Notes: generated from the letters alone by a model not told the origin. A stretch of 64,000 nt of DNA from Negativicutes bacterium (GCA_021372785.1 JAJFTT010000009.1:12413-76412); one strand, 5' to 3'; shown: positions 29,588 to 40,143, counted from the stretch's first letter. Made by a program: numbers and translations.

Positions 29588-29797
29588 AATAGGGCTAGAG
29601 GAGCGGGTTGTAAGGTAAACCGGGGATAGGGAACGTCCTGAATGAACTGGCCGAATGTAACGCCTGCCGAAAAGCTGACGGCACGTTTGCTGCCTGCTTT
29701 GGAATCGCTGCCAAGAGCAACGGTTCTGTCATGGTAAAATAGCCATGGAGCGCTGGAGATCAAATCTTGTATTTGATTACCCCGGCGCTTTTTTTGC
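29588..29797 (+). promoter_or_regulatory. Lysine riboswitch (L-box) with a terminator expression platform, in the leader of the lysine-fermentation operon.
   Basis: CTAGAGGAGCG matches the conserved AGAGGNGCG core. CUGAAUGAA, CUGGCCGAAUGUAA and CGCCUGCCGAAAAGC blocks resemble B. subtilis lysC leader elements. UCUGUCAUGG and a P5 hairpin are followed by GGAG. The aptamer is about 167 nt. It is followed by a long imperfect hairpin (agcgctggagatcaaat...atttgattaccccggcgct) plus T7 at 29790-29796. The P1 assignment is uncertain. Confidence 0.5.
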
Positions 29798-29836
29798 GGT
29801 TAAAAACAGAACAAAACAAAAAGGAGAGGGAACAAA

Positions 29837-30247
29837 ATGCAGGTGATGATTCGTGTCCGTCTGGGCAGCCAGGATGCCCATTATGGCGGCAATTTGGTGG
29901 ATGGGGCAAAAATGCTGCAATTGTTCGGGGATGTCGCTACGGAGCTTTTGATCCGCAGTGACGGAGATGAAGGTTTATTCCGTGCCTACGAGAAAGTAGA
30001 GTTTTTCAGTCCCGTTTACGCCGGGGATTTTATCGAAGCAACGGGGCAGATCATCCGTATCGGCAACACCTCGCGGCAAATGGAATTTTTCGCTCATAAG
30101 GTGATTATGCCGCGACCCGATTTGAATGCTTCTGCCGCTGATGTCCTGCCGGAACCCGTGCTGGTTTGTCAGGCAATCGGTACCTGCGTTGTGCCAAAAG
30201 ACAGGCAGAGAAGCAAAGAAAGCAGGGAATCGCGATGGAAAAACTAA
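29837..30247 (+). CDS. kal: 3-aminobutyryl-CoA ammonia-lyase (small hotdog-fold protein).
   Basis: 136 aa ORF immediately upstream of kce, overlapping its start. The size and position match kal in characterised lysine-fermentation clusters. Strong ribosome-binding site (AAAGGAGAGGG). Assigned mainly by context. Confidence 0.55.
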   Translation: MQVMIRVRLGSQDAHYGGNLVDGAKMLQLFGDVATELLIRSDGDEGLFRAYEKVEFFSPVYAGDFIEATGQIIRIGNTSRQMEFFAHKVIMPRPDLNASAADVLPEPVLVCQAIGTCVVPKDRQRSKESRESRWKN

Positions 30248-31065
30248 TCATCACTGCTTCCATCTGCGGCGCGGAGGTGACGAAACAGCAGAATTCAGCC
30301 GTTCCTTACACAATAGCGGAAATTGGGGAGGAAGCGAAGCGGGCCTGGCTGGCCGGAGCCAGCATCATTCATCTGCATGTCAGAGAAGATGACGGCAGAC
30401 CGACGCAAAGTGCGGATCGTTTTCGGGCTTGTATCGATGAAATTTACCGGCAATGTCCCGCTGCATTGATTGTGCAGCCCTCAACCGGCGGAGCTGTTGG
30501 CATGAGCAATACGGAACGTCTGCAGCCGTTGAGCCTGAATCCGATTATGGCTTCGCTGGATTGCGGTACTTGCAATTTCGGCGGTGATGACATTTTTATC
30601 AATACGGAGACTACGATAAAGGAATTTGCGCTCCGGATGCAGGAGCGCCGGGTCAAACCGGAAATCGAAGTGTTCGATAAGGGTATGATCGATATGGCGC
30701 TGCGTTTAACAAAACAAGGTTACTTGAGCGAACCTCTGCATTTCAATTTGGTGTTCGGTGTCAATGGCGGCATCAGCGGAGAACCGCGTGATCTTATATT
30801 TCTGGCTGAAAGCCTGCCGCGCGAAGCCAGTTACACGGTGACAGGAATCGGCCGCACGGCTTTTCCTCTGGCCGCTATGGCGATTATCCTGGGTGGGCAT
30901 GTCAGAGTGGGCTTTGAGGATACGATCTATCTGGCCAAAGGAATCAAAGCCAGGAGCAACGGCGAGTTGGTTGAAAAAGTGGTTCGCCTGGCCAATGAAT
31001 TCGGACGTCAGGTGGCCACACCGGCGGAAGCGAGAAACATTTTGGGACTGCCAAGCGCAGAATAA
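30235..31065 (+). CDS. kce: 3-keto-5-aminohexanoate cleavage enzyme (BKACE / DUF849 family).
   Basis: About 276 aa TIM-barrel BKACE-like sequence ([11 protein letters not shown]..., HLHVRED..., [10 protein letters not shown]). Start at MEKLIIT. The ORF-track start at 30166 is rejected as overlapping kal. Confidence 0.75.
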   Translation: MEKLIITASICGAEVTKQQNSAVPYTIAEIGEEAKRAWLAGASIIHLHVREDDGRPTQSADRFRACIDEIYRQCPAALIVQPSTGGAVGMSNTERLQPLSLNPIMASLDCGTCNFGGDDIFINTETTIKEFALRMQERRVKPEIEVFDKGMIDMALRLTKQGYLSEPLHFNLVFGVNGGISGEPRDLIFLAESLPREASYTVTGIGRTAFPLAAMAIILGGHVRVGFEDTIYLAKGIKARSNGELVEKVVRLANEFGRQVATPAEARNILGLPSAE

Positions 31066-31094
31066 AAGAAACCGGAACAGGAGTTGTTTTCAAC

Positions 31095-32132
31095 ATGAAT
31101 TTAGGCAATAAATATGGCACGCACCGCGTGCTGGAACCGTTAGGGGTGCTGCCGCAGGCTGCCACTCGGATCAACAATGATATGTCGGTGCTTTATGATA
31201 ATGAAATTCTGATCAATGTCACGGCTTTGAACATCGACTCCGCTTCCTTTAATCAGATCAAACGAGCGGTCAATGGTGATGAAGCACAAATACGGGCGCA
31301 AATCATGGCAATCGTGGCCGAAAAAGGCAAAATGCAGAATCCCGTGACCGGTTCCGGCGGAATGCTGATCGGATATGTTGCCGCCATCGGCCCTGCCCTG
31401 CAAGAAACCGCACTGAAAATCGGCGATAAAATTGCTACCTTGGTTTCGCTTTCGCTGACTCCGCTTTGCATCGAAGAAATTCTTGCGGTACATCAAGCGA
31501 TCGATCGTGTGGATGTGAAAGCCTGGGCTATTCTCTTTGAGAGCGGTATCTATGCGAAATTACCGGATGATATGAGCGAAAACCTTGCCTTAGCCGCACT
31601 CGATATTGCCGGAGCTCCCGCTCAAACAGCCAAACTGGTCAAACCAGGCGACAGTGTGCTGATTTTGGGAGCAGGTGGTAAATCCGGTATGCTTTGTTTG
31701 TATGAAGCCATGAAGTGTGCGGGACCGACCGGTAATGTCATCGCCATGGTACGCAAAGAAAGCGATATCGGCAAGCTGAAAACACTGAATTTAGCGCATC
31801 GGGTTATTGTTTCCAGCGCTACGCAGCCGTTGGATGTTTTAGAGAAAACACTGGCGGCGAATCAGGGTAAAGAAGTGGATATTGCCATCAGTTGCGTCAA
31901 TATTCCGAACACGGAGATGGCTTGTATCCTGCCGGTGCGTGAGAATGGCATTGTCTATTTTTTCTCGATGGCGACCAGCTTTACCAAGGCAGCCCTGGGT
32001 GCGGAAGGAGTCGGTAAGGATGTGACTATGATCATCGGCAATGGCTACACCAAAGGACATGCCGAAGTGACTTTAGCTGAATTAAGGGAAAACGCAGCGC
32101 TGCGGGCTTATTTTGAGGAAAAATATGTCTAG
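31095..32132 (+). CDS. kdd: L-erythro-3,5-diaminohexanoate dehydrogenase.
   Basis: 345 aa Rossmann-type dehydrogenase (LILGAGGKSGM). The size and position between kce and kamA are typical. Confidence 0.7.
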   Translation: MNLGNKYGTHRVLEPLGVLPQAATRINNDMSVLYDNEILINVTALNIDSASFNQIKRAVNGDEAQIRAQIMAIVAEKGKMQNPVTGSGGMLIGYVAAIGPALQETALKIGDKIATLVSLSLTPLCIEEILAVHQAIDRVDVKAWAILFESGIYAKLPDDMSENLALAALDIAGAPAQTAKLVKPGDSVLILGAGGKSGMLCLYEAMKCAGPTGNVIAMVRKESDIGKLKTLNLAHRVIVSSATQPLDVLEKTLAANQGKEVDIAISCVNIPNTEMACILPVRENGIVYFFSMATSFTKAALGAEGVGKDVTMIIGNGYTKGHAEVTLAELRENAALRAYFEEKYV

Positions 32133-32182
32133 ATTTTAGCCCGCCAGATCAAACAGTATTGCAACAGGAAAGGGTGATTATT

Positions 32183-33466
32183 TTGTCCAGCGTATCCAGA
32201 AGAACCGAGTTATTTCCGCATGTCCCGGATCAGCAATGGCAGGATTGGCATTGGCAAATTGAAAATCGAATTGAAACGCTTGCGCAGCTGAAGACTTATC
32301 TTTCCCTCACGCCGGAAGAAGAGCTGGGCATCGCGCAGTGCTTAGGCAATCTGCGCATGGCGATTACACCTTATTATCTCAGCCTGATCGACCCGACTGA
32401 CCCCTGGTGTCCGATTCGTCGTCAGGCGATTCCCACCGCGCAGGAACTGCAGCGGGCACCTGCCGATTTAATGGATCCTCTGCATGAGGATGAGGATGCT
32501 CCGGTTGCCGGTGTGACCCATCGTTATCCGGACCGAGTGCTTTTTTTGGTAACCGATCAGTGTTCCATGTACTGCCGACACTGCACGCGGCGGCGCTTCG
32601 CAGGTCAGCATGACAGCGCTGTGTCCATGGACCGCATCCGGCGCGGTATCGCTTACATTGCCGCCCATAGCGAAATACGGGATGTGCTGCTCTCCGGCGG
32701 TGATCCCCTGACGCTGAGCGACGATCGCCTGGAAGCGATCATTGCCGCGCTGCGGGCGATTCCGCATGTTGAAATCATTCGAATCGGTACACGCATGCCG
32801 GTGGTTTGTCCCCAGCGCATTACGGTACAACTGGCTGATATGCTGAAAAAATACCATCCGATTTGGCTGAATACGCATTTTAATCATGCCAATGAAATTA
32901 CCGCCGAATCCACGGCTGCCTGCAGCCGCCTGGCGGATGTCGGGATTCCGCTGGGCAATCAGAGCGTTTTACTGGCCGGCGTCAATGATTGTATCTATGT
33001 CATGAAAAATCTGGTGCAGGAATTGGTGAAAATCAGAGTGCGGCCTTATTATCTTTATCAGTGCGACCTTTCTTTCGGATTGGAACACTTCCGTACTCCG
33101 GTCAGCAAAGGGATTGAGATTATCGAAGCTTTGCGCGGACACACCTCCGGCTTTGCCGTTCCCACTTATGTGATCGATGCGCCCGGCGGCGGCGGCAAAA
33201 TTCCGGTTATGCCGAATTATCTGATCAGTGAGACGCCGGATCGCGTCATCCTGCGCAATTTTGAAGGTGTGACCGCCGCCTATACCGAGCCGCGTCATTA
33301 TGAAAATCTCTGTCATTGTCCGGTCTGCCGCAAAGAGCAGGCGGCAGTCATCAGCGGAGTCGCTCAATTGGGACAGGGGATTGGACTTTCTTTGGAACCC
33401 GATCATTTGGCACGCCATCTGCGTAATCAGCAGGAAAGCAAGGCATCTTCATGCAAAGCAAATTAA
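32183..33466 (+). CDS. kamA: L-lysine 2,3-aminomutase (radical SAM, PLP-dependent).
   Basis: CSMYCRHCTRRR is the hallmark CxxxCxxC cluster of lysine 2,3-aminomutase. The WQDWHWQIENRI N-terminus resembles LAM. TTG start at 32183 with an AGGAAAGGGTGA ribosome-binding site. The ORF-track ATG at 32159 contains that site and is rejected. Confidence 0.85.
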   Translation: MSSVSRRTELFPHVPDQQWQDWHWQIENRIETLAQLKTYLSLTPEEELGIAQCLGNLRMAITPYYLSLIDPTDPWCPIRRQAIPTAQELQRAPADLMDPLHEDEDAPVAGVTHRYPDRVLFLVTDQCSMYCRHCTRRRFAGQHDSAVSMDRIRRGIAYIAAHSEIRDVLLSGGDPLTLSDDRLEAIIAALRAIPHVEIIRIGTRMPVVCPQRITVQLADMLKKYHPIWLNTHFNHANEITAESTAACSRLADVGIPLGNQSVLLAGVNDCIYVMKNLVQELVKIRVRPYYLYQCDLSFGLEHFRTPVSKGIEIIEALRGHTSGFAVPTYVIDAPGGGGKIPVMPNYLISETPDRVILRNFEGVTAAYTEPRHYENLCHCPVCRKEQAAVISGVAQLGQGIGLSLEPDHLARHLRNQQESKASSCKAN

Positions 33467-35013
33467 ATCTGAACCATGATTTGGTGACTCAGGCACGCGG
33501 CTATGCGGCCAGTATTGCCCGGCATACCCAACAATTCATTGATGGTCACACAACCGTCAGTGTGGAACGGGCGATTTGCCGCTTGCTCGGTATCGATGGC
33601 GTTACAGCGGCACAGGTACCGTTGCCGAATATTTTGGTGGATCACCTGGTCCGTAAGAATATGTTGGCTTGCGGTGCTGCCGATGCCCTTGCCAATGCTG
33701 TTATTCAGTCCGGCTTGACCCCACAGCAGATCGCCGAAGCGGTCGCGGACGATTCGCTCGACCTTAGTCGGATGCCGCGGCTGGACCAAACGGCGCAGCG
33801 CCGGGCTTTGGCTCCCTTTCTGGCAGCCGCACTGCAACGGATTACAGCCAACCGGCAAGCGCGGCAGGATTTTCTGACACAGCATGGCGACAAAGAAGGT
33901 CCCTTGCTCTATTTGATTGTGGCGACCGGTAATATTTACGAAGACATCACGCAGGCAAGCGCGGCTGCCAAACAGGGAGCTGATGTGATTGCCGTGATCC
34001 GCACCACCGGGCAAAGTCTGCTGGATTATGTTCCCTACGGCGCCACAACCGAAGGATTTGGCGGCACTTATGCCACCCAGGAAAACTTCCGGCTGATGCG
34101 GGCAGCCCTGGATGCAGTCGGTGAGGAAACGGGACGCTATATCCGTCTCTGTAATTATTGCTCCGGGCTTTGTATGCCGGAAATTGCCGCCATGGGCGCC
34201 CTGGAACGCCTGGATGTGATGCTCAACGATGCGCTTTACGGGATCCTCTTCCGCGATATCAACATGCAGCGGACGCTGATCGACCAGGCTTTTTCGCGCC
34301 GGATCAACGCCTTTGCCGGTGTGATCATCAATACCGGGGAAGACAATTATCTGACGACGGCCGATGCGGTGGAGGAAGCGCATACGGTATTGGCTTCCCA
34401 GTTTTTAAATGAGCAATTGGCCCTGCAGGCGGGGCTGCCCGCGCAGCAAATGGGTTTAGGCCACGCTTTTGAAATTTCACCCGAGGTGACCAATGGTTTT
34501 GTCCTGGAACTGGCACAGGCTCAAATGACCCGGGAAATCTTCCCGCAGGCACCGCTGAAGTATATGCCTCCCACGAAATTTATGACCGGTGATATTTTTC
34601 AAGGTCAGGTTCAGGATACCCTGTTCAATATGGTGACCATCCTGACCGGGCAGAAGATCCATCTGCTCGGGATGCTCACCGAAGCCATTCATACGCCTTT
34701 GATGTCCGACCGCGCTCTTTCCATTGCCAATGCCCAGTATGTCTTTCGTACCATGCAGAATTTAGGGGATGAAATCAGCTTCCGTTCCGGTGGGATCGTC
34801 GAGACACGCGCCGCCGAAGTGCTGCAAAAAGCCTGTGATTTATTGCGGGAAATCGACCGCATCCAGCTTTTTGCCGCTTTGGAGCAGGGCATTTTCGCCA
34901 ATATCCGCCGCAGTAAAACAGGCGGCAAGGGTTTGGAGGGTGTTATGGCCAAAGAATATGTTTACTTCAATCCGTTTGCGGAAGCGATGCAGCGAGAGGG
35001 GATGGCACGATGA
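33451..35013 (+). CDS. kamD: D-lysine / beta-lysine 5,6-aminomutase alpha subunit.
   Basis: 520 aa. The MQSKLNLNHDLV N-terminus and overall length match KamD. Overlaps kamA and kamE, indicating translational coupling. Confidence 0.8.
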   Translation: MQSKLNLNHDLVTQARGYAASIARHTQQFIDGHTTVSVERAICRLLGIDGVTAAQVPLPNILVDHLVRKNMLACGAADALANAVIQSGLTPQQIAEAVADDSLDLSRMPRLDQTAQRRALAPFLAAALQRITANRQARQDFLTQHGDKEGPLLYLIVATGNIYEDITQASAAAKQGADVIAVIRTTGQSLLDYVPYGATTEGFGGTYATQENFRLMRAALDAVGEETGRYIRLCNYCSGLCMPEIAAMGALERLDVMLNDALYGILFRDINMQRTLIDQAFSRRINAFAGVIINTGEDNYLTTADAVEEAHTVLASQFLNEQLALQAGLPAQQMGLGHAFEISPEVTNGFVLELAQAQMTREIFPQAPLKYMPPTKFMTGDIFQGQVQDTLFNMVTILTGQKIHLLGMLTEAIHTPLMSDRALSIANAQYVFRTMQNLGDEISFRSGGIVETRAAEVLQKACDLLREIDRIQLFAALEQGIFANIRRSKTGGKGLEGVMAKEYVYFNPFAEAMQREGMAR

Positions 35014-35807
35014 GCGGGAGCTGGTACAAACAGCAGAGTTCTGCTGCCGAGACTGCCTTGGACCTGCAACACCTGAAACCTTACGGAGATACGATGAATG
35101 ATGGCAAAGTGCAGCTGAGCTTTACTCTGCCGGTTGCCGACGATGAAAAAGGCGTGGCGGCCGCCCTGGCTCTGGCCGGTCAAATGGGTTTGTCCAACGC
35201 CTCCGTGGTTCATCACAAGCGTTTGGACAGCAGTTTTTCTTTTTATATTCTCTATGGTTCTCTCTTGCACAGTGTGGATTACAGCAAGCTTCCGGTTGCG
35301 GCAGTCAGCGAAAAAGCCATGCCGCTGGCGGCAACGGATGCCTTGATCCGCAGCGAATTGGGCCGCAAGATCGTTGTGGTCGGCGCTTCTACCGGCAGTG
35401 ATGCGCATACGGTGGGGATTGACGCCATTATTAATCGCAAAGGCTTTGCCGGTCATTACGGTCTGGAACGCTATGAGATGTTTGAAACCTATAATCTCGG
35501 CAGCCAGGTTGCCAATGAAGAGCTGCTGCAGAAAGCGCTGCAAGTGGCGGCGGATGTGCTTTTGGTTTCACAGACTGTGACACAGAAGGAGGTTCATATC
35601 AGAAACTTAACCGAACTGATTGAATTGAGCGAGGCGGAGGGGGTGCGGGAGCAGCTGCTGATGATTTGCGGCGGTGCGCGTATCACCAGTGAATTGGCCA
35701 AAGAACTGGGTTATGACGCCGGATTTGGTGCCGGCAAATATGCCGATGATGTGGCGACCTTTATTGCCAAAGAAATGATTCGCCGGCAGGCTTTGCGGCG
35801 AACTTAG
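35010..35807 (+). CDS. kamE: D-lysine / beta-lysine 5,6-aminomutase beta subunit (B12- and PLP-binding).
   Basis: GASTGSDAHTVGIDAI is the DxHxxG adenosylcobalamin-binding motif. 265 aa. Confidence 0.8.
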   Translation: MSGSWYKQQSSAAETALDLQHLKPYGDTMNDGKVQLSFTLPVADDEKGVAAALALAGQMGLSNASVVHHKRLDSSFSFYILYGSLLHSVDYSKLPVAAVSEKAMPLAATDALIRSELGRKIVVVGASTGSDAHTVGIDAIINRKGFAGHYGLERYEMFETYNLGSQVANEELLQKALQVAADVLLVSQTVTQKEVHIRNLTELIELSEAEGVREQLLMICGGARITSELAKELGYDAGFGAGKYADDVATFIAKEMIRRQALRRT

Positions 35808-35901
35808 TATGGCTGCCTGAGACGATGGCTTTTTTTGCGGGTGCAAGCGGAACCGGATCCGCATGAAAAATCCGGCGAAGAAAACAAAGGAGAGGGAAAC
35901 A

Positions 35902-37101
35902 ATGGAGAAAATCTACATTGTCAGTGCCTGCCGTACCGCCATCGGTACGATGAACGGCAGTCTGAAGGACACGCCCGCGGTAGAATTGGGCGCTAAAGTG
36001 ATCGCTGCCGCGCTGGAGCGGGCAGCTTTGCGGGGCAATCAGGTTTGCGAAGTGGTTATGGGCAATGTTCTGCAGGCTGGCTTGGGTCAAAATCCTGCCC
36101 GCCAGGCAGCAGTCAAAGCCGGGATTCCCTATACTTGCCCAGCCATGACCATCAATAAAGTCTGCGGTTCCGGTTTGGCAGCGGTTGTTTACGCGCAGCG
36201 CAGCATTTTAGCCGGAGAAGCCGATTGCGTGGTCGCCGGAGGCATGGAGAATATGGATCTTGCTCCTTATGCGCTGCAAGGTTTGCGTTACGGTGTCCGT
36301 ATGGGTAATGCCGAGGCCACGGATCTGATGGTTTATGATGGCCTGACGGACGTCTTTTTGCAATATCATATGGGTCTGACTGCGGAAAATGTCGCCGAGC
36401 GCTATCAGATCAGCCGGGAAGCCCAAGATCAATTCGCCCTGGCTTCGCAGCTGAAAGCGGAGGCTGCCATCCGGAGCGGACGTTTTGCTGATGAAATTGT
36501 GCCGCTCGAGTTGGTGGACCGCAAAAAAAACGTGACGATTTTTCAGCAGGACGAGCATCCTCGTTTTGGCAGCAACCTGGCGGGACTGCAACGCTTGCGG
36601 CCTGCTTTCAGCAAAGAAGGCACTGTCACCGCCGGCAACGCTTCCGGTATCAACGACGGAGCAGCCGCGGTGATTGTCTGCGGCGAACGTTTTCTGCTGG
36701 AAAATCACTTGAAACCACTGGCACGGATTGTGGCCGGCGGTTCAGCCGGTTTGGATCCGGCCTTCATGGGGCTGGGACCGGTCCCGGCGGTAGAGCAAGC
36801 CTTAACCAAAGCGGGGATGACAGCGGAACAAGTGGATTTGATTGAGGCGAACGAAGCGTTTGCCGCTCAATCGCTGGCCGTCATGCAAGAATTAGGCTGG
36901 GATCCGGGAAAAGTCAATGTCAATGGCGGCGCCATTGCCTTAGGACATCCCATTGGTGCGTCAGGTGCCCGGATCCTGGTAACTTTGCTGTATGAAATGA
37001 AAAAACGCAGTCTGCGTTATGGTTTAGCAACGCTTTGTATCGGCGGCGGTATGGGAGAAGCCTTAATTATCGAACGCGACGAGCGCTGCGGGGAGAATTG
37101 A
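35902..37101 (+). CDS. Acetyl-CoA C-acetyltransferase (thiolase II).
   Basis: [11 protein letters not shown]-terminus, INKVCGSGL (active-site Cys), [15 protein letters not shown] and CIGGGMG C-terminal blocks. Start at MEKIYIV with an AAAGGAGAGGG ribosome-binding site. Confidence 0.85.
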   Translation: MEKIYIVSACRTAIGTMNGSLKDTPAVELGAKVIAAALERAALRGNQVCEVVMGNVLQAGLGQNPARQAAVKAGIPYTCPAMTINKVCGSGLAAVVYAQRSILAGEADCVVAGGMENMDLAPYALQGLRYGVRMGNAEATDLMVYDGLTDVFLQYHMGLTAENVAERYQISREAQDQFALASQLKAEAAIRSGRFADEIVPLELVDRKKNVTIFQQDEHPRFGSNLAGLQRLRPAFSKEGTVTAGNASGINDGAAAVIVCGERFLLENHLKPLARIVAGGSAGLDPAFMGLGPVPAVEQALTKAGMTAEQVDLIEANEAFAAQSLAVMQELGWDPGKVNVNGGAIALGHPIGASGARILVTLLYEMKKRSLRYGLATLCIGGGMGEALIIERDERCGEN

Positions 37102-37102
37102 A

Positions 37103-37873
37103 ATGAACTATGTTTTTATGGAGAGCAGGGAGAACATTGCTACGCTGACGATCCGGCGGCCACAGGCGCTGAATGCGCTGAACAGCGAAGTTTTACAGGA
37201 ACTATCAGAAGCCTTCGCCGCACTCGCTGCCGATCAGTCGCTCAGTTGTCTGGTTTTACGCGGCGCCGAGGGAAAGGCCTTTGTGGCCGGCGCCGATATC
37301 AGCGAAATGCAGGATTTTACACCGGAACAAGCCTACGCATTTTCCCAAAACGGGAATCGGGTCTTTGCTCAACTGGAACAACTGAGCATCCCCAGCATTG
37401 CGCTGGTGCAAGGCTACGCCCTGGGCGGCGGTATGGAATTGGCGATGGCTTGCGACCTGCGCGTCGCCTCCACCCGCGCTGTGTTTGGCCAGCCGGAAAC
37501 CGGGCTCGGCATTACACCCGCTTTTGGCGGAAGTTTCCGTTTGGCCCGTTTGGTTGGCTTAGGTCAGGCCAAACGCCTGTTGTTCAGCGGTGAAACCATT
37601 CAAGGTGAGGAAGCATATCGGATTGGTTTAGTGGAATATCTGGCTGAACCGGCAGAGCTGGAAGCACTGCTGGAGCGAACGCTGCAGCGGATCGGTCAAT
37701 GCAGCCGCAGCGCTGTCAGGGAAGCCAAACAACTGTTGATGGCGCAGCAGACAGCGTCACTGGCGGCGGACTGTCAGCGGGAGGCCGGCGCATTTCAGCG
37801 TTGTTTTGCGACAGAGGACCGGCAGGAGCGGATGGCAGCCTTTTTGCAACGCGGCAGATCCAGACAAAAATAA
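37103..37873 (+). CDS. crt: Enoyl-CoA hydratase (crotonase).
   Basis: Crotonase-fold blocks (KAFVAGADI, GYALGGGMELAMACD, catalytic Glu region ETGLGI). Confidence 0.8.
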   Translation: MNYVFMESRENIATLTIRRPQALNALNSEVLQELSEAFAALAADQSLSCLVLRGAEGKAFVAGADISEMQDFTPEQAYAFSQNGNRVFAQLEQLSIPSIALVQGYALGGGMELAMACDLRVASTRAVFGQPETGLGITPAFGGSFRLARLVGLGQAKRLLFSGETIQGEEAYRIGLVEYLAEPAELEALLERTLQRIGQCSRSAVREAKQLLMAQQTASLAADCQREAGAFQRCFATEDRQERMAAFLQRGRSRQK

Positions 37874-37894
37874 AAAAACGGGGAGAAGCTGAAA

Positions 37895-38737
37895 ATGAGT
37901 GTTTTTGTGATAGGCGCCGGCACGATGGGCAGCGGCATCGCGCAATGTTTTGCGGCGGCAGGCTATGCGACGTACCTTTATGATCTCAATCCCCTGGCGA
38001 TGGAGAGAAGTTTTGCCAACATCGATAAAATCCTGAGCCGCCAGGTGGAGAAAGGCCGCCTCACAGCAGAGGCAAAATGCGCTCTGCAGAACAATCTGCA
38101 TCAGGCTGCTGTTCTGGAGGAAGCTGCTCCGTGTGAATTGATACTGGAAGCGGTGGTGGAGAAAGCGACAGTCAAAAAAGAGCTTTTTCGGCAGCTCGAT
38201 CTGATTTGCGGCAGGCAGACGATTTTTGCCAGTAATACTTCCTCACTGTCCATAACCGAACTGGCTGCCGCTGTGCAGTGTCCGCAGCGGATGATCGGCA
38301 TGCACTTCTTCAATCCGGCTCCTCTGATGAAATTAGTGGAGATTGTCAAAGGCAGCCAAACCGACGAAACGACGGTCCAGGCGGTTCGGGGGTTCTGTGT
38401 GAAATTGGGCAAACAAGCCGTACTGGTGGAGGAAGCGCCTGGTTTTGTCGTCAACCGTATCCTGATTCCGATGATCAACGAAGCGATCGGGATTCTGGCG
38501 GAAGGGACTGCTTCCGCTGCGGATATTGACACAGCCATGCAGCTGGGGGCCAATCATCCCATGGGTCCTTTGGCTTTGGCTGATCTGATCGGACTGGATG
38601 TGGTGCTTGACATTATGGAGGTACTGCAGCGGGAAACCGGAGACAGTAAATATCGGCCGCAGCCTTACTTGCGAAAAATGGTGCGAGCCGGAAAACTGGG
38701 ACGCAAAAGCAAAGCAGGATTCTTCCTATATGAGTAG
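37895..38737 (+). CDS. hbd: 3-hydroxybutyryl-CoA dehydrogenase.
   Basis: VIGAGTMGSGIAQ (NAD Rossmann). HFFNPA and GFVVNR blocks. 280 aa. Confidence 0.85.
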   Translation: MSVFVIGAGTMGSGIAQCFAAAGYATYLYDLNPLAMERSFANIDKILSRQVEKGRLTAEAKCALQNNLHQAAVLEEAAPCELILEAVVEKATVKKELFRQLDLICGRQTIFASNTSSLSITELAAAVQCPQRMIGMHFFNPAPLMKLVEIVKGSQTDETTVQAVRGFCVKLGKQAVLVEEAPGFVVNRILIPMINEAIGILAEGTASAADIDTAMQLGANHPMGPLALADLIGLDVVLDIMEVLQRETGDSKYRPQPYLRKMVRAGKLGRKSKAGFFLYE

Positions 38738-38760
38738 CAGCAACAGGGAAAGGTGATGAC

Positions 38761-39417
38761 ATGAAGAATAAATTGATCGATCTCAACACAGCCATGCAGT
38801 TATTTCGTGATGGGATGACTGTGATGATTGGCGGTTTTCTTGGCAATGGCACTTCTGAACAGTTGGTGGATGCTCTGATTGCAACGAATGTAAAAGATTA
38901 CACGGTCATTGCCAATGATACCGCAATGCCGGGGATTGGCATCGCCAAGTTGATCGCTACCAAACGAGTCAGGAAATTAATCGTCTCCCATATTGGCATG
39001 AATCCGGAAACCGGGCGGCAGATGAGCACTGGCGAATTGGAAGTGGAACTGGTGCCGCAAGGGACGTTAGCCGAGCGGATTCGCTGCGGCGGCAGCGGCT
39101 TGGGCGGCGTGCTGACTGCCACCGGCTTGGGAACCGAAATCGAGCAGGGCAAACAAATCATCTCTGTCAACGGTAAGGATTACCTGCTGGAATTGCCGCT
39201 GCACGGGGATATCGCTCTGATTCATGCGACCGTGATTGATCAGGCCGGTAATTGTTTTTATGAAGGAACGACCAAAAATTTCAATCATCTGATGGCGATG
39301 GCCTGCGATGTGGTAATCGCCACAGCCGAGACGACGGTAGAAGTCGGCGAACTGGACTGCAATTATATTATGACCTCCGGCATCTTTGTGGATTATATTC
39401 TGAAAGGAGTAGCCTGA
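38761..39417 (+). CDS. atoD: CoA-transferase subunit A (butyrate-acetoacetate CoA-transferase alpha).
   Basis: MIGGFLGNG N-terminal block, about 218 aa, family-I CoA-transferase alpha. Confidence 0.8.
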   Translation: MKNKLIDLNTAMQLFRDGMTVMIGGFLGNGTSEQLVDALIATNVKDYTVIANDTAMPGIGIAKLIATKRVRKLIVSHIGMNPETGRQMSTGELEVELVPQGTLAERIRCGGSGLGGVLTATGLGTEIEQGKQIISVNGKDYLLELPLHGDIALIHATVIDQAGNCFYEGTTKNFNHLMAMACDVVIATAETTVEVGELDCNYIMTSGIFVDYILKGVA

Positions 39418-40070
39418 TGGACGCGAAAGAAGTGATTGCCCGCCGAGCTGCCCTGGAGCTGGCAGACGGCGATGTTGTCAATCTGGGTATTGGTTTGCCG
39501 ACCTTGGTCGCTGATTATATCCCGGCAGCCTATAATGTGATCCTGCAATCGGAAAACGGCATCATCGGGATGGACCGCAGCGCGACCGGTGAGATGAAAA
39601 ACGCGCATATCGTCAATGCCGGCGGCCTGCCGGTGACAGTGCGCAGTCACGCCAGCTTTTTCGACAGCGCTGAATCATTTAGCATCATTCGCGGCGGTCA
39701 TCTGGACAAGACAATTCTTGGGGCTTTGGAAGTGGATGAAACCGGTTCCCTGGCCAGCCACATCATCCCCGGCAAATTAATCCCGGGCATGGGCGGTGCG
39801 ATGGATCTGGCAGCGGGTGCCAAACGGGTGATCGTGGTAACGACTCATACAGCCAAAGGTGAGGCAGCCAAAATTCTCAAACGCTGCCGTTTGCCGTTGA
39901 CGGCAAAGAATAAAGTGAATCTGATCATCACCGAGTTGGCAGTGCTGGAAGTAACAGCGGCAGGATTGTTGCTGCGGGAGATTCGCAAAGGTCTGTCATT
40001 GGCAGAGCTGCGCCAAAAGACAGAAGCGGATTTTGCGGTTGCGATGGATCTGAAAGAGTTCGGAGAGTAA
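39417..40070 (+). CDS. atoA: CoA-transferase subunit B (butyrate-acetoacetate CoA-transferase beta).
   Basis: [10 protein letters not shown] contains the catalytic-Glu SENG motif. 217 aa. Start overlaps the atoD stop. Confidence 0.8.
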   Translation: MDAKEVIARRAALELADGDVVNLGIGLPTLVADYIPAAYNVILQSENGIIGMDRSATGEMKNAHIVNAGGLPVTVRSHASFFDSAESFSIIRGGHLDKTILGALEVDETGSLASHIIPGKLIPGMGGAMDLAAGAKRVIVVTTHTAKGEAAKILKRCRLPLTAKNKVNLIITELAVLEVTAAGLLLREIRKGLSLAELRQKTEADFAVAMDLKEFGE

Positions 40071-40106
40071 AAAAAGCAGGAAAAACGGCAGGACGGCAAG
40101 AATATA

Positions 40107-40143
40107 CAGAGGGCGGAACATTTTTCGCCCTCTGTTGTCTTAG
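40107..40143 (+). terminator. Intrinsic terminator closing the lysine-fermentation operon.
   Basis: cagagggcg-gaacattttt-cgccctctg forms a 9-bp stem, followed by ttgtctt. Confidence 0.5.
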
